A stretch of DNA of 63,012 nt, filler included, from Porpidia crustulata (taxonomy: Eukaryota): NCBI GenBank assembly GCA_964255105.1. It is 8 parts of 8 records of this genome, joined end to end, with 100 filler letters (N's around TTAATTAATTAA, not from the genome) between each part and the next. Parts side by side here need not be neighbours in the genome. Positions count along the whole stretch, not along the records: positions 7,910 to 15,711 come from CAXUWE010001231.1; positions 15,812 to 23,612 come from CAXUWE010001232.1; positions 23,713 to 31,507 come from CAXUWE010001233.1; 5 more parts are not named here. The stretch is one strand, 5' to 3'. A program made the position numbers and the translations under genes. Below the pieces are notes generated by a model. The model saw only the letters and a list, made by a program, of their open reading frames with translations, ran no database searches and was not told where the DNA came from. How positions within the stretch are numbered: position 1 is the first letter of the stretch; each line of letters begins with the position of its first letter. Of the stretch, positions 13,283 to 27,105 are shown piece after piece.

Positions 13283-15450
13283 ATTTGATGTGGGAAACAT
13301 GAATCTTTGCATAGCGCTGGCTTGGATGGACATATTTGAAACACTTTGACGAACACTGCTAGGCTAGTAGATACCAAGACGTTCCACACATGACTGGGGT
13401 GACCCCTGGGCAGAACTGCCGCCAAGGAGCCTTGTAAAGTCTGTGGAAATAATAATTACCTGCTGAACGTTTCTCTAGAAGGGACACCCTGTGAGATGGT
13501 ACGATACTGGGCATACCCCGGTTATCTTGCATAACCGGCTTCTATTGATGAACTCAAGCGTCCGACATCCTCAAGTTCATACAAGCTGTTTTACTCTCCC
13601 AGAACACAAGCCAAGACTTCGGTCCTCTCAGTCCATTCCGAGTCTTTCCACCTACCATATGAGCGTCTGCAGGCGGTCTCAATCTTGTTGAGTATTTCTA
13701 GTAGGCCCGGACGATTCCATGCCGTGTAGCAAAGAGAACCGACATGTATTACGAAACTTCACCCCCAGTGATGTTCTCGCTAATCTGGAAAGATGTTTAA
13801 GAAAATCCGTGATGATCAAAAGTGAGAGATGTATGAAAGACACTGGGGACACATTTCTATGTCCTGCCATAAACACGCTGGCCTTCGAGCCCAAGCATCT
13901 CAGAAGAATCAGCCATGAGGCAAAGTACATGATTCTCTGCTACGACCATCCTCCATAGAAAGATCATATCAACAATTTGCTGCAAGTAACCGAGAACAGC
14001 AGGTCCTAGGCGCACTCGTAAGCGCTACGGCAACTTCGATTGATACGATAGCTCTACAGATAAGCCAGGTATTTGAACCACCACACTCTTAGAATGGAAG
14101 TCTTGCAAGAGACTGATCTGTTTCTCGTTTTCTAAAGTCTTCCCGAAAGCAGTCGTCGAGATTTTGGTTTTTCTAACCATCTCCATAATGTGACGGTCAT
14201 TCGTACGGCCTTCGTCAACGATTGTGCCAAACTGCTCAACTTATTTGAGACAGAGATCCACTTGCCTGCAGGTCTAGGAGTCGGCTTTCAGCCTTTTAGT
14301 CAATGGAAAAGCGCGGCAATCTAATCAGCTCAGCAACGCTGGGTGTGTTTCTGTGGCTTTTTTTGAGTGTCAATTCTAAATCGCGTGAGACGGCTGCACT
14401 ATTTGCGCCAGTGTCTTCAAGTCCGCTGATGTCTTCCTGAGCCATCCTGATGTTTCTGAAATTGAAATTTTAGACAGAGTGCCTAATGAGCAATGGGGAA
14501 GAGAATCTACCCAACGGGGAAAGCTGCTTCGGTCGTAGTAGCCGACTTCCTATCTCCTAGATTATGGTAGTTGTCGAAACCAACGTAATGGGAGCAAACG
14601 GCGGAACCATCTTACATCATCGCAAACCATTAAGTAGTAAGATGCTAAAGGATAGTACTCGTATATCACAGATGCTACTTGGTGAGGAGATATTATTCAC
14701 AGTGTTAATGTCCGTCCCTGGGTCAAGAGACGCACTCTGTTACGAGACAAACTGTAGGAACTTTGATTCCAAGCGACTCTGACTTAGTGAATGCATGGAA
14801 ATCTCCCGTAAATTCATATCGGTCTTGTGTTGCAGCCAATCCTGAATACTCCTGAGGTCGGCTACTGGAAAATTACATTCGTGTCATCGCCCCCCTGATT
14901 TGCGGCGAGCCTCCTTTCCGTAGCGTAATGGCACTCGTCCACCACAGTACCACCATTACGCTTGTGCTATTGTACGAACTTATAAATGATCCATGTCCGA
15001 GTCTTAGAATCCTACAGGAACACTGTGAAGTCATTGCCAGCCTTGTGGCAGCCCTTGCGCCCTGCATTCATGCAACATCGCGCGCTGATTGGTCCTTCTC
15101 AGTCCAAGCGGTACGATCTCGGTTAGTACAAAACAGGTCCCCAACATCTCACGTAATAACGGGCGTGTAATTTAACCTATGAAAGCTAACCAAGCCGAGA
15201 CTGTGGCTTGTAAGCCTGTGGCTGGGCTCTTCTAACGAACGCAGCTGTCCGAAAGTGACGAGAAAGCGAAAGGCACTGACTGGATTTCACAGCGAAACCC
15301 TAAGACATTCCAGCACAGTGAAGACGGCCACTCGCCGCTACTGCAGAAAACCCTTTATGTCAGCTTTTTGTCAATCGCAAATGCACGTTTGCTCGGCCGT
15401 TTGTGTTTGCTGTGTACGTCAAATCATATGTAGGTATTCATGTCACCACC

Positions 15451-15711
15451 ATGGCTGAAGCAGCTGCCGTTATCGGACTCGTTGCCTCAATTGCCACTCT
15501 TGTCGAGCTCACAGCTAAGGTCGTCTCTCGACTGCACGAGTTCACCTCCAAGTCCTCAGAAGTCCCTGAGTCATTTCGCTCTCTGTCGACCTGCTTACCT
15601 TTATTGACGGCAACGCTCAAACATATCCAGTCCCAGGCAGAGTATGGACGCTTTTTAGATGATGTAACAAAAGCCCTGAAAGCAGTTGTTGACGACACTT
15701 CCAAACAAGTG
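15451..15711 (+). CDS. N-terminal SesA/HeLo-like domain of a probable fungal STAND/NLR-type protein, truncated by contig end
   Basis: MAEAAAVIGLVASIATLVELTAKVVSRLHEF...VPESFRSLSTCLPLLTATL matches the typical N-terminal helical domain of fungal NACHT/NB-ARC proteins. Good start context ACCACCATGG. Confidence 0.7.
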
Positions 15712-15811
15712 NNNNNNNNNNNNNNNNNNNNNNNNNNNNNNNNNNNNNNNNNNNNTTAATTAATTAANNNNNNNNNNNNNNNNNNNNNNNNNNNNNNNNN
15801 NNNNNNNNNNN

Positions 15812-18800
15812 GTTTGGAAGAGGGTGTCTGCTTTCTGTTGTGGATGTTAGTGATGAGGGTGATGGCTGAGGCTTGTGATGGGTAGGAATTGCTTACGTCA
15901 TTGTTACCAGATTGGATGTGGATGCTTATGAGACGTTCGTGGATTTCTTGGGCGTCGTTATATTGACAGGCGCGTAGGAATGCGTCTTCGAGCGTCTCCT
16001 CGGTACCGTAGGTATTTTCTAAGTTGAGGAGAGCGACCCAGACATTCAGTTTCTCGGACTCTTCCTTAATATGAATGGTTTTGATTGCACGTTCGGCAAT
16101 CTCGCGCGCTCGGGCTACTTCGCTAAGTTGGAGTTGGAAAGCCATGTAGCTCAGCCACAATACGGATGAGTTAGGTTGTCCCATAAGTAAACGTTCGAAA
16201 TCAGCTACTGATTGGGGACCATTGGCGTCAAGGTCGCCAGTCTTGTCGATTTTGATCTCGGGCTTTCTTCGCCTCTTCTTCTTGATTTGTGATTGCTCTC
16301 CCTCGGTTTCCGATAACGCATCCCTACTCTCTAAAGCAATAGTCTCCCCTGTCCAGTCAAAGCTACCACTACTAAGCCCTCCAAGCCCGCTTGGCTTGAT
16401 AGTCTGGACTTCACCGGCTTCGGTTATGTCGACACCTCCATCATCATCGTCGTCCATTTCTTCGTCACTATCAATGTCTTGAACATTCTCCAGATCGAGG
16501 TCTTCTCCAACTTCATTCTCTCCATCCACCCCATCGTTCGACTGATCCGAAATTCCACCAATTTTGTCAATCATCTCCTGGTCAGAAGCATCCGTATCTT
16601 CTTGATCCTCTAGGAACGAAGCCTTTAGCCCAAAGGAGATTTGCCTCTTGTTCTGGTCAATCTTTAAAATCTTCGATTTGACGATATCTCCTTCTTTATA
16701 AAGCTTCTTCGGGTTTGGAGCTTTCTGATCAGCCATCTGGCTTCGATGACACAGCCCGCTCACATTTGCCGAGTTGTCAACGACGATAAAGACACCGAAT
16801 TCTTCAACCTTTCTGATTTTTCCCGTCACGATTTGCCCAACCTTCATGTCAGCAAACGTGAGGGGTGGTTGATAGTCCTTGTCTAAATGAGACTGCTTAA
16901 GACTCATTTGGACGTGGTTTAACAAAGGATCCACAGCAATGACTTTGCCTTTGACGAGTTGATCAACCTCGTAATCTGATTTCCAGTCCTTGATGTATAG
17001 ATCAGATAAATCAGAAATCTTGACAAACGCAGTTACGTTACTTGCAAGGCTTATGAAAAGCCCGTTGTCCGCAACATTCTTTACAAACCCTCTAATAATG
17101 TTGTTGATTTTCAGCTGAGAAATAGAGGAAACATCAGGGTCTTCGACAGGAAGAGATGAGCTGAGCACTTTGGAGAGCCGAGTAGATAGAAAAATCTTCT
17201 TGTTTGGGGCGTCCACGTCTTTGACCCACACACGAACAATTTGATTTTTCTCAAAGTTGGTAGGGTCTGCAGTGGAGTAGTCATCCGCCATGTCTATGAG
17301 ATTCACTGGGCCGGAGAGTGTCTCGCTCAGTTGGACCATAATCTGGCGCTCTGAGACTTTAGTCACTCGTCCTGGCAATACTAAACCTGGGGCAAGTTCT
17401 TGCAGAGAAAGAGGTCTTGAAACACCACCAGATCGAGCTGAAAGGTCGAGGCGATTGTTCGTGACATCGACATTCAATACCGTTGCTTGGAGAGCCGATC
17501 CAATGGGGAAATTCCTGGTAAGGTCTGAGAGGAGAGATATATCGTTGGAAGCGTCCATTGCTTTGATGCGGCCCCTTACATTGGGAGATAAGTTAACCCA
17601 AATGCAATCGTCTGACACATTATTTACGAAAACAAGATATGAAGACCCAGCTTTAACTTTATCTAGGGTCAAAACATCGAGTTCATCTAGATTCTGATCG
17701 TTCGTTTTTACGGACAGTTCAAAGACGAGGGCTTTACCACGGTTTGTGATAGGGAGGAATCGGTGATTTCGCGCATCGTGCATTCCCATGATTCGCACTG
17801 GCAAGATCTGCTTCGAATTGAAAGATCTTAGAGGTCGCTTTGGATCCTTGATATCGTCCCATTTATCGAATACTTGAGAAACATCAACCCGCCCTTGAAT
17901 ACCATCTGCTAATTGGACATTCAGCTGTGTCTCCTTGATGGACGTGATTCTTGCCTTGGTCAATGTACCCAAGGTAAAGTCATCAATAGTAGTCGACAAC
18001 CCGTCCACAGGGTTGCTTAATATTGCACTTTGGTGCACGGGTTCGTTCTTGGTCACCTTTTCTGCGCTTGTCACCAAACTTGGCTTTAGTGTCAACAAGA
18101 ATCTTTGTTGTCCATGGTCAATGCCCAAGACCCTTGAAGTAATCGATTGATCCCTCCGCAACCCAAAATCGAGTAATTGAACCGCTTCATCTAGTAGGTG
18201 TGATTTCAACAGGAGTCCTATCAAGTCCCCGGCAAACTCAATGTAGACACCTGAAGTCGTTATATTCCTTACGAAGCCATGGACCTCGGCGCCTTCAACA
18301 ACACCGTCGAACGATTTGAGTAGTGTTTTGGCTTTCGCTGCGTTTACTAGGGACGGCTTGCTTGTCATCTTAATCAGACGTTTTGATTTTTGTGTGCTCA
18401 GCACTAGAAGGTCTTTCAAAACTTGTCCTACTCGGATCTTTTTTGCCAAAGCCAAGCTTTTCTGCGTTGAACCATCAGCGAGATGTTCAAATGGCAACAG
18501 CGCTTTCAACCCTGATTCTCCCAGCTCAACTACAATTTCATCGGCCGTCTTCTCGGAGACTGTGCCACTTGTCAAAGTTCCAGGGCCAAGTTGTCCGAGC
18601 ACCTCACGTCGAGCTGCCCCGAAAATTGATGGATCCTTGCAAGACACTATCATACGGCCCTCGAGAGAGTCAACAGTAACAATATGCACATTGACCACTT
18701 GACCGACACGAAAGTGCTGTTGAGGGTCTTGAATATATGATTCGCTCATCTCCGATACTGGCAAGAAGCCACGGACTAAACCATAGAATTGGACGACGGC

Positions 18801-20723
18801 TCCGGAGGACAAGATTTTTACCAAAGTCCCAGGGGCTTGCATCCCTGGCTTTAAAACATCGTACGACTGCCATATTTCAGCGTCGCTATTCACTAGGGTC
18901 TTTTTGAGGGTAAGACGAAGCTGGCGCTTTCCCAAGTTTGTCGACAAGACCCTAGCGGTGACTGCGTTACCTTCCTTGAATTTCTTCTCAGGATGCTGCA
19001 AGTGAATATCCGAAAGGTGTACCTCGGGTACCAAGCCAGTAATTCCTTCTGCTAAATTGACAAGAACTCCAGTGACGCCAATCGCACCAACCATAAGTTT
19101 CTCGATAGTAGCGTTGACAACCTGTCCTACCCTTACATCTTCGATGCGTAGAAAAGGCTGATTGATGATTCTGGGCTCTAGAGAAACAATGAACAGTCCA
19201 TCCATCGAATTGTAACCGATGATTCGCGCTTTATGTACCGCGCCAACTTTGTATGGCCCAGTCGACTCTGACAAGATTTCTATTTTGCCATCTGTGATTC
19301 GAGATATGTGTACGAATCCTCTCACACCCTTCACTCCCACATCAACTAGAAGTCCTGCCCCAGGCTCGACTTTAACGACTCTAGCTTTTTCGACGATCGA
19401 TGAGACAGGCAGCACATGAGTGGGTAGAAGCGCTTCAGCTGAAGAAATTGAGGTGCTAGTATTGGTCTTAAAGGATGTAATATGATCCAAAAGAGAAACG
19501 CCAAGCTTTTTTCCCTCAGCGGTGGGGAAGTTACAGATTATTCGTCCTTTGACTTTGCTACCAACAGTGTACTTCTTTTCAAGATCTTTACCACTCGAGG
19601 CGGCACCTGAATGAATCAAGTCCGCCGTAACATCTAGCAAACCCATAGCTTTACCGGCAATGCCCGAAGGTGTTACTTCGGATATCAGAATTTCAATTGC
19701 AGTACCAGGTAGAAAAGAGTCCACGTTTGGTGCATCAGTCAATACATTACCCTTCTTTATATCTCCCACCTTTTTTGGACTCGCGGAGAGTTTGATGATA
19801 TTGCCATTGGAGCTCATGCCCGTGACGAGACAAAGATAGACCGCCCCCTCTTGAATTTGAGAGCTATCCACGTTCTGCCCAATCTCTTTCGATGACATGA
19901 AACCTCGCACTCCTTCATCTTCGATTCCCATATCCATGATCAGGCCATGATCTTCGACGCTGAGGACCGTGGCCTGGACCATACTGTTGACTACTAGTTC
20001 GCTTTTACCGAGACTTGCATTCGTCTGTCGAGGATTTATTGAGAGCTCAATGTGCCGCTTGCCTTTTGCTCCAGAAGAAACTTCCTGTTGCATCGAGGTG
20101 ACACAAGCACGCAGGTATTGACCGACCGCGAAATATTTTTCTAAATCTACTTCCTTGCTGTCTTCCTGGTCCTCGCTAGTTTGTTCATCGGCAACCAAGG
20201 CCTCCATTGTTTCCGTAAACTTCTCGGAGATTGACGTTAGAGGTATATAACCTGTCAGATTATTGGGTAATGCCAGAGAAATGTCGTAACGATTGATCTG
20301 GATGATCTGGCCAAGGACTAGCGAGCCAGGAACAAGGCGCTTATAGCTCAATCCTTCGATCCGTATCTCTCTTTCTACAACCACAGTGGATTTCCTCTTT
20401 TTATCACTCGACTTCTGTCTCCGCTTTGTCTTTGTTATACCATTGGCGGGTTGGTCTGCTTCATCATCCTCATTCTCTTCGTCCTCAAAGTCGTGCTTTG
20501 CTGGCTTCTTGCCAGTAGTTTGTTCGAAGAGAACATCCTGTTTTGCTTGGATCTGAATCTCTTTTTGTTCCAGAGGAGTCAGTATACTTGCGCCTCCGCG
20601 AGGAAAAGATGGCTCTTCAGCCCGTAGCAATGAGATTTTCGAGGTGGACGGTGAAGGCTTAGGTTTTTTCTCTGGTCGAGCATTTGTATTTTCTATATCC
20701 CCCTTGCGCTTGATCGGCGCCAT
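15812..20723 (-). CDS. RRP5: rRNA biogenesis protein Rrp5 (S1 repeats + HAT/TPR), 3' truncated
   Basis: FPRGGASILTPLE, multiple S1 domains, FERLLMGQPNSSVLWLSYMAFQLQLSE, EKLNVWVALLNLE; intron donor near 15896. Confidence 0.97.
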
Positions 20724-22257
20724 ATTCGCAGCTTGGAAAGGCGAGGCTTCAGAGGTGTGGAAAACGGCCTTGACGTTTCTTCTCTTCCTGGCTTGCTGGT
20801 CTGACCTTCGAAAGACTAGACGGAATTCTACAATTCATCGGCGAAATTTCTCCGAGTGCGCGTTTTGCTAGTCTCGATACGCTTCTACCTTAACTCCTTC
20901 TTAACACCGAATTTGCTCGCCCGATAAGCCGTGCCAATTCTAGCCGCGCCCCCTACTGTTTTCTTCGCAGTTTTAATACTACCGTTGCAGCTCTGAAGTT
21001 GAAAGTCTTTATCTGTTATTATACGAATACCATCTTCAATCTTCTTGTTTAAGATCTCTAGACTATTCTAGCTTGATAAATATCCGACGGAGTAAGATAG
21101 AATAATCATCTGCAATAGCTATTAAAGAAGAGCTCTATGCTCCTCGCTCCTTCTAGTTTCTCTCCTCCTTTCATCTTATCTGTTACCATTCTCCTCAGAT
21201 TTAGGCTTTCCGATGTCGAAATTATACTTCATGCGAAAGAGGGCTGCATATTTTATGGTGTTGTCGAATTCGTTCGGCATAGAGACGCTGCTCCTTCGAA
21301 CATGGCGAACTCGGCTGATCTTAGCTCTGTTATCGTCATACACCGTCCTTGGTCTGCATGAGCGTCAGAATGAAAATACAGGATGGAAATGTATGAATTT
21401 TCAAGCACGCATATTGATGAAGTGATTTGATGACTGTTGCCTTGAGCAATGCAGCTAAGTGCAGATTCTGCATGTGTAGCTCGAGGTCTAATCGTCATGA
21501 GTGTTTTGCATAATCATTGCTCATATCTCTTGGATAATCAATTGATCTGCTTCATTGTCTGTTGAAGATTTCTGCTTACTTATTGATTCATTGCTTCTAT
21601 GAAGTCTTGGTTGCATGATGAGTTGGGCAGTCTCCCTAGCTGTTCAATGAGAAGTTTACCTGCTTTCTTCGCAGAGCACTCTAAACCTTTAGAACCTAAA
21701 GAAATATTACTAAAAGGAACCGAAGATAGTTCCAGTTTCGTTGAGCACTTAAAACTCCCTGTGGAGCGGGTGCGTGGATAAAGGGGATGAGAGAACGGCT
21801 GAGGGAACTAGGTATAAAATCAGAAAACGAATCAGATTAAAAACTCTTATACACCATTCCGAATGCAAATCATACCTGCTAATAATCCCCAAGAACAAAA
21901 AATGAGCGTGAGAAGCGTGGGATTCGGCCCACGCGGACCGCTCCAGATGTTTGAATCAATCAGTTACAGCAAGATTGAAAGTTTGATAACTTGAGACATC
22001 CGCCATAATCCCTCGGCCATCTTCCCTGCAACCATGATAATTTGCGCTATTTATTTTATGAAGATGTTTCTATGAATCAGACTAGTCCAATGCCTGGCTT
22101 TGGTGGCAAACTTCGCTGATTTTGCGCACGACTCATACTACCGTAGGCCTGATCTGCTTACTCGAAAACTAGGAATATAGCCCTAACCCTAGGACTGCTG
22201 CTCCGTTGAGGGGTGAATATAAAAAAGTTAAGTCCGCCATTAACATCACGCTCTAGG

Positions 22258-22274
22258 TCGCGTTCGAGACGCGA
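22258..22274. promoter_or_regulatory. Inverted pair of MCB-like elements (TCGCGT-N5-ACGCGA) upstream of CDT2
   Basis: Palindromic ACGCG cores about 120 bp before the ATG; cdt2 is an MBF target in S. pombe. Confidence 0.45.
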
Positions 22275-22393
22275 ATCTCCAATCGGAGTACCGTGACATT
22301 CGTGACACGGAGCTTCCTCCAGTTGCTTGAGTATACCAGTCTTAGTCTAATAACCTTGATTGATTTACAAGGAACATACAATTACACTTAAAA

Positions 22394-23612
22394 ATGGTAC
22401 ATGACGATATAGACTCTTCTCAGGGAAATCAAGATCGAGCTCAGAATTCTATTCTAGAAGAAAACCCAACGTCATCGCCCCAGCTCCCAAGCAAGCAGTC
22501 TTCTGGCAAACGCAAGCAACCACCGACGGTGACGCCTAAGAGATTCACTCGTTTCTTCACTCCCAGGTCTTCGCTGGATCACGGGGCCAAGATCAGTGCT
22601 TCAAGGCAAGCATTGAGAGATATCACCGCTTCTGCTGCCAATCGCACTCGACGGAGAACTCCAACCAAGGACAACATACAAATATTCAACGATGGTTACA
22701 TCGTATCTACAGAGGTATCGAAGAGGAGGAGAAGAGTGGGACTGGTCTCACCCGATACCACACCAGATAGATCTTCGCCCTTGAAACGGATAAGGAAGCA
22801 GTTTCTGGAACTATCCGATGATAGTGATACCGATATAAGAGATGGAGCACCAGGGGAAAATATAGCGGAATTTCATTGTATGAGAAAGCAACGACGGAAC
22901 TGGACAACGCTGGATTTTCTTGAACCAATCGCCTATTCAAGGCAGCGAGGACCTCTAGGCCGACTTTTGCGCCAAGAGACCGGCGACTACGGTCCCAGAT
23001 ATCAGTCAGCGGATTGTGGGAATACTGAATGGCAGCATGAGACTGCAAACTTCATGACAAGATCAGAGGATACTCATGCCTGTCTGAATCCAGTCGAACC
23101 ATTAGAGTCGACAATCCCTTTCTGTGCCACCAGCTGTAATTGTAAGTGGTAGTTCTTGTGTCAGCAATCATACCTATCGCTAACAATAATTCATAGCAAA
23201 TTCTCTTGTCGCAATTGGAGACGAAGATGGTGGTATAAGACTACTCGAAACCGAGGATGGTGGCAAGCCTGCATTCTCAAAAGCGTACCTCACGTTTCGC
23301 CCTCACGAAAATGCCATTCTCGATCTCGCCTTCTCTCCAGATGACCTACTCTTAGCGACCGCGTCCGGAGACCAAACCGGCAAGGTTATTGATATGCCAA
23401 CTCAACGAACACTCTATACCATGGCCGGTCACGTGTCTTCCGTGAAACAAACCCGATTCCAGCCCGGTTCCTCCAGCGTTCTTGCAACGTGCAGCCGAGA
23501 CGGCAGCGTTCAGGTCTGGGATCTCCGCTGCAAGGGACTCGACACCCCTGTTCGGAAGCAATTACCACCCGAAAACGTCCCTCGACATGTACTGAAGATC
23601 CCAAGGATGGCG
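22394..23612 (+). CDS. CDT2: Cdt2/DTL WD40 substrate receptor of CRL4, 3' truncated; intron 23142-23196
   Basis: After splicing: LVAIGDEDGGIRLL, HENAILDLAFS, LATASGDQT, GHVSSVKQ, LATCSRDGSVQVWDLR. Confidence 0.88.
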
Positions 23613-23712
23613 NNNNNNNNNNNNNNNNNNNNNNNNNNNNNNNNNNNNNNNNNNNNTTAATTAATTAANNNNNNNNNNNNNNNNNNNNNNNNNNNNNNNN
23701 NNNNNNNNNNNN

Positions 23713-26376
23713 CACGGAACGTGGAGAAGTACGCGCTGGCCGCTTGGGCAATTTTGGGGCCCGAGGTATCGTAGGTGCTGTTAGGAGGTTCGCGGTCTGA
23801 GGGGGAGGAGTAGGAGGTTGTGGAAGGGGAGGTGTTGGAGTTGGCGTTGGATGGTGTAAGGCCTGAGGAGCCGTGACTGCCGCTTGCAAGGTCGGACATT
23901 TCGGTATCAAAGGGATTGCTTGTATCATTTGGTGAGAATCGGCGACCGTTGGGCCAACGTTGGTACTCGTTCTGGTACGAGTAGATGCCAGCGGCTTGAT
24001 GCTGAGCATTGGCATAGGCAGGTCGCTGTTCCCGGCTGGGAATGCTAAAGTCCTGAAGACTATACTTTGTTGCACGATGAGTTTCTCCGCCGGGAGGCTG
24101 AACAAAACTCTGCGTGTCATCGGTGTTCTTAATGCCAAGACTTGTACGATCTGGTTGAGCGATGTTTACAGTCTCTCGAATTTCAAAGAGCGGAGAGCAT
24201 CTGATGCTATCGAGGACGTCGTCTACAGGTACCTTGGCCTTCGTCGTATGTAAGCATCCATTCACTAACATAGAAAAGCTTGTGTATATTAAAGATCGGA
24301 AGGATTACATACCATATCCTCGAGTATTGAAGAAGAGAACTCCGGGCTATGTAGTAAACGGCCTAAGCCCCTGGCCTGTATATCTAAGCTCAGTTGAATT
24401 AGGAAGGACTCCGTGATAGGCTGCGCCCTCTTCATGGATTTCATAGCATCCAGTAGGAACCGCAATGACGAGAGTACTTCTTGATCGCCTGGAGATGTCT
24501 TCAAAAAGTGTACGAAGACGCGGGCTGCGATGTAGAGACAAAAGGCCATGAACGGGTTCATTCCGGAAAGATCGAGATGGCTGATCAATCGCATGATAGA
24601 GGCAATCTCACTAGCCGCGAGCAGGCACCGACTGTTACTTTGCTCAACCAGACTGCTAGGTAATTTATACTTCTCTGCCTTGAAAATGGCTGCTTGATGA
24701 AGACATATCGTAGATGTGTGGATGTTCATATTAAGGAAGACCGTATTAGCGTTTCGAACTCCAGCAGGTAATCTGAGATGTAAAGGTAGGTTGAGCGAAG
24801 TATTCAAGAGCGTATTGTCCATACTCCGATGACGCTTCCAAAAACCCCCTTGCAAGTCATGTTCTCGATCGTCGGGCTCTGGTCGTTGAAGGTGTATGAG
24901 GTTGCGTCCAAAGAAGTGAGCCATCAACACCACCCCTGCAAAGGGCGAGAGCGATGATGCGCCATCTGAGGTCATGACCTTATCAAGCGAAGAAGTCTCC
25001 TGAGGTATACTCTTGTCATACGAATCTTCGTTCGCGGGGAGATTGGTCATGATCTGCACAGATTCATCAGCGTCGGCGTACAATAAAACGTCGCTCTGGC
25101 TTCCTCCAGTGCAACTTACATCCTTTTCATCAACGGTCATTGGCCAGCCGGTCCCTACACTTGCATACCGGTCCATACAGTATGCCATCCACCATGTCCT
25201 CCTCCGCTGTTCTTGTTCAGTCCAATCACGAGGTGGCGGCAGACATTGTTTAACATCCAAGCCAGTTCCGTCCATTCGATGAAGCGCCAACATCTGAGCC
25301 AAGCGGACTGTTTTGCCGACACTCGTCCAGGCCCGAGGAAAGCACATCACCTTGAACTCATACGAAGATATCAAGCACCAGCACTGCACGTGGCCAACTG
25401 CGATCGAAGCTTCACCCTGTCCTTTCATTTCATCAAGCTCAGCGTATCTGCGAGCTCGACAATAGAAAATCTCCTGATGGTCGAAGTACTTCTCTGAAGC
25501 GCCAGCAGCAAGGCACCACATAGCATAGCGCAGACAGACAGGTGGTCGCATGTGAGGAGCCAAACTCATTGCTGCCATATACCGATATTGATGTATCATC
25601 GGCATCGATGGATGTACCTTGTCAAAGTAGATTTTATGTCTGCTGGACGGTTAGCGCAATAATTCATAAAATCTTACTTAGACTAACAATTCGTCAACTG
25701 CTTCCTGCATTGGGAGCGGCTCTTCGAGCCCAAGTCCAATCATCTCCCACGAGATCGAGTCATCAACACCTGGCGCTGTATCTGCCATCATGCTTGGGAT
25801 GGGTGGCATGTTCTGTGGGTTACTAGTCGAACTGAATATTCCATCCATGAAATCTTGACTATCCATTTCGAAGTGTGTGAGATTTGGAACATCGAACGCT
25901 GGAGCCGGAATAGATTGGTCCAGCGCCTGAGTGGGTGGAGTTGCTTCAGTGGATTTATGTGACTTTTGAGCTTTCGTCTTTAGCTGGGTCTCGACTTGAG
26001 CTGAAACCGAGAGATCCGAATGTTAGCTCAAGCTATTCTACTGCTCATAACGAGTGAACAGACCTAGTCTTGCTTCCAACTCTTTGACATATCCTCTTTT
26101 GGGCCCGCTCTTGCGCCGCACTTCATCGTACGCGCAAGAATGTCCTAATCTCGCACAGGTCCCGCACTTTGGCTTGGTCCCATCGCATTTGAGCTTTCTT
26201 TTCCTGCATATAACACAAGCCACGCGCTTCGCTCTTGGCGCTCCCTCCCCTTCTTCGGCGTTCATAGTGCTAGAATTCCCCTCAGCAGGACTTTCTGTGC
26301 CAGTCTGGGGTAGACTCGGTTGCCTAGATAGGTCGTTGAAGTAGCTATCGTCAAGTAGTGCTCCATCGGAAGACAT
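23713..26376 (-). CDS. Zn(II)2Cys6 transcription factor with fungal-specific TF domain, multi-exon, 3' truncated
   Basis: ACVICRKRKLKCDGTKPKCGTCARLGHSC, RRKSGPKRGYVKELEARL, EQRRRTWWMAYCMDRY; introns include 26001-26063 and 25054-25119. Confidence 0.93.
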
Positions 26377-27105
26377 GGTGCAGTAGCTTCTGGATTTTAT
26401 AGAGCGAGATCAATGTCTCGAACTTGGCTTCATGGTTGCATATCTGGCTGTTCGAGCATCCGACATCTAACGCTGCAATCGAGATCTGAACACAGAGCGG
26501 GAACTTAAAGCTAATAAGGGTACTCTACGGAGTTAGCGAGTCGACTCTCTGTGACACTCACACTGTTGCCTGTCAGGCTTGGTGGTAGACAAGCAGACTA
26601 GCGACAGGTGCCCTTGGGGGCACTAGTAGATCACCAATGGGGGTAAGGAGTTTCTAGCCCTACAATGCTCAACCAGGGTGCTAGATTCAATAAGTACGGT
26701 CAGTGGGACAGACTGAACTCAAACTTGAATAAGTTCAAAGCTCAATTTTCTAGAATGGGAAAATGACAAGGCCTATTACATATTCACCAAGACACTTGGT
26801 CATTCATAGCGATTGGTGCGTAAGGGTTGAAGACCGGTGTGACTATTGGGATGGACACCGGTTCTTCTGTTCCCGCGATGCACACACTGCTAGCTATCGA
26901 GCTTCGCTTCAAGCCTGGTGGATATAATATCTACAAAAAGCTTTCTCGAGGGCAACTTCATCACACACCTCTGCGACAGCCCAGAAAGTGGAATCGTGAG
27001 CCCTACATGGTGCTGCGTGTACTAATCTCTGCGAAACCAGAGGATCGCAAATCAGAAGGTGGAGAGTGTAGATGGCAGGATAGTAAAGGCCGCAGTCGAA
27101 AAGCT

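Noticed and set aside
20900..22100. Possible snoRNA (ATGATGA near 21615) or small gene between RRP5 and CDT2
   Set aside because: No suitably spaced D box or terminal stem, and no recognisable protein; no tRNA, rRNA or CRISPR array was seen anywhere in the window.
22181..22191. CCCTAACCCTA as a telomerase RNA template
   Set aside because: It lies only about 200 bp before the same-strand CDT2 ATG, leaving no room for a long fungal telomerase RNA; a promoter element or chance match is more likely.
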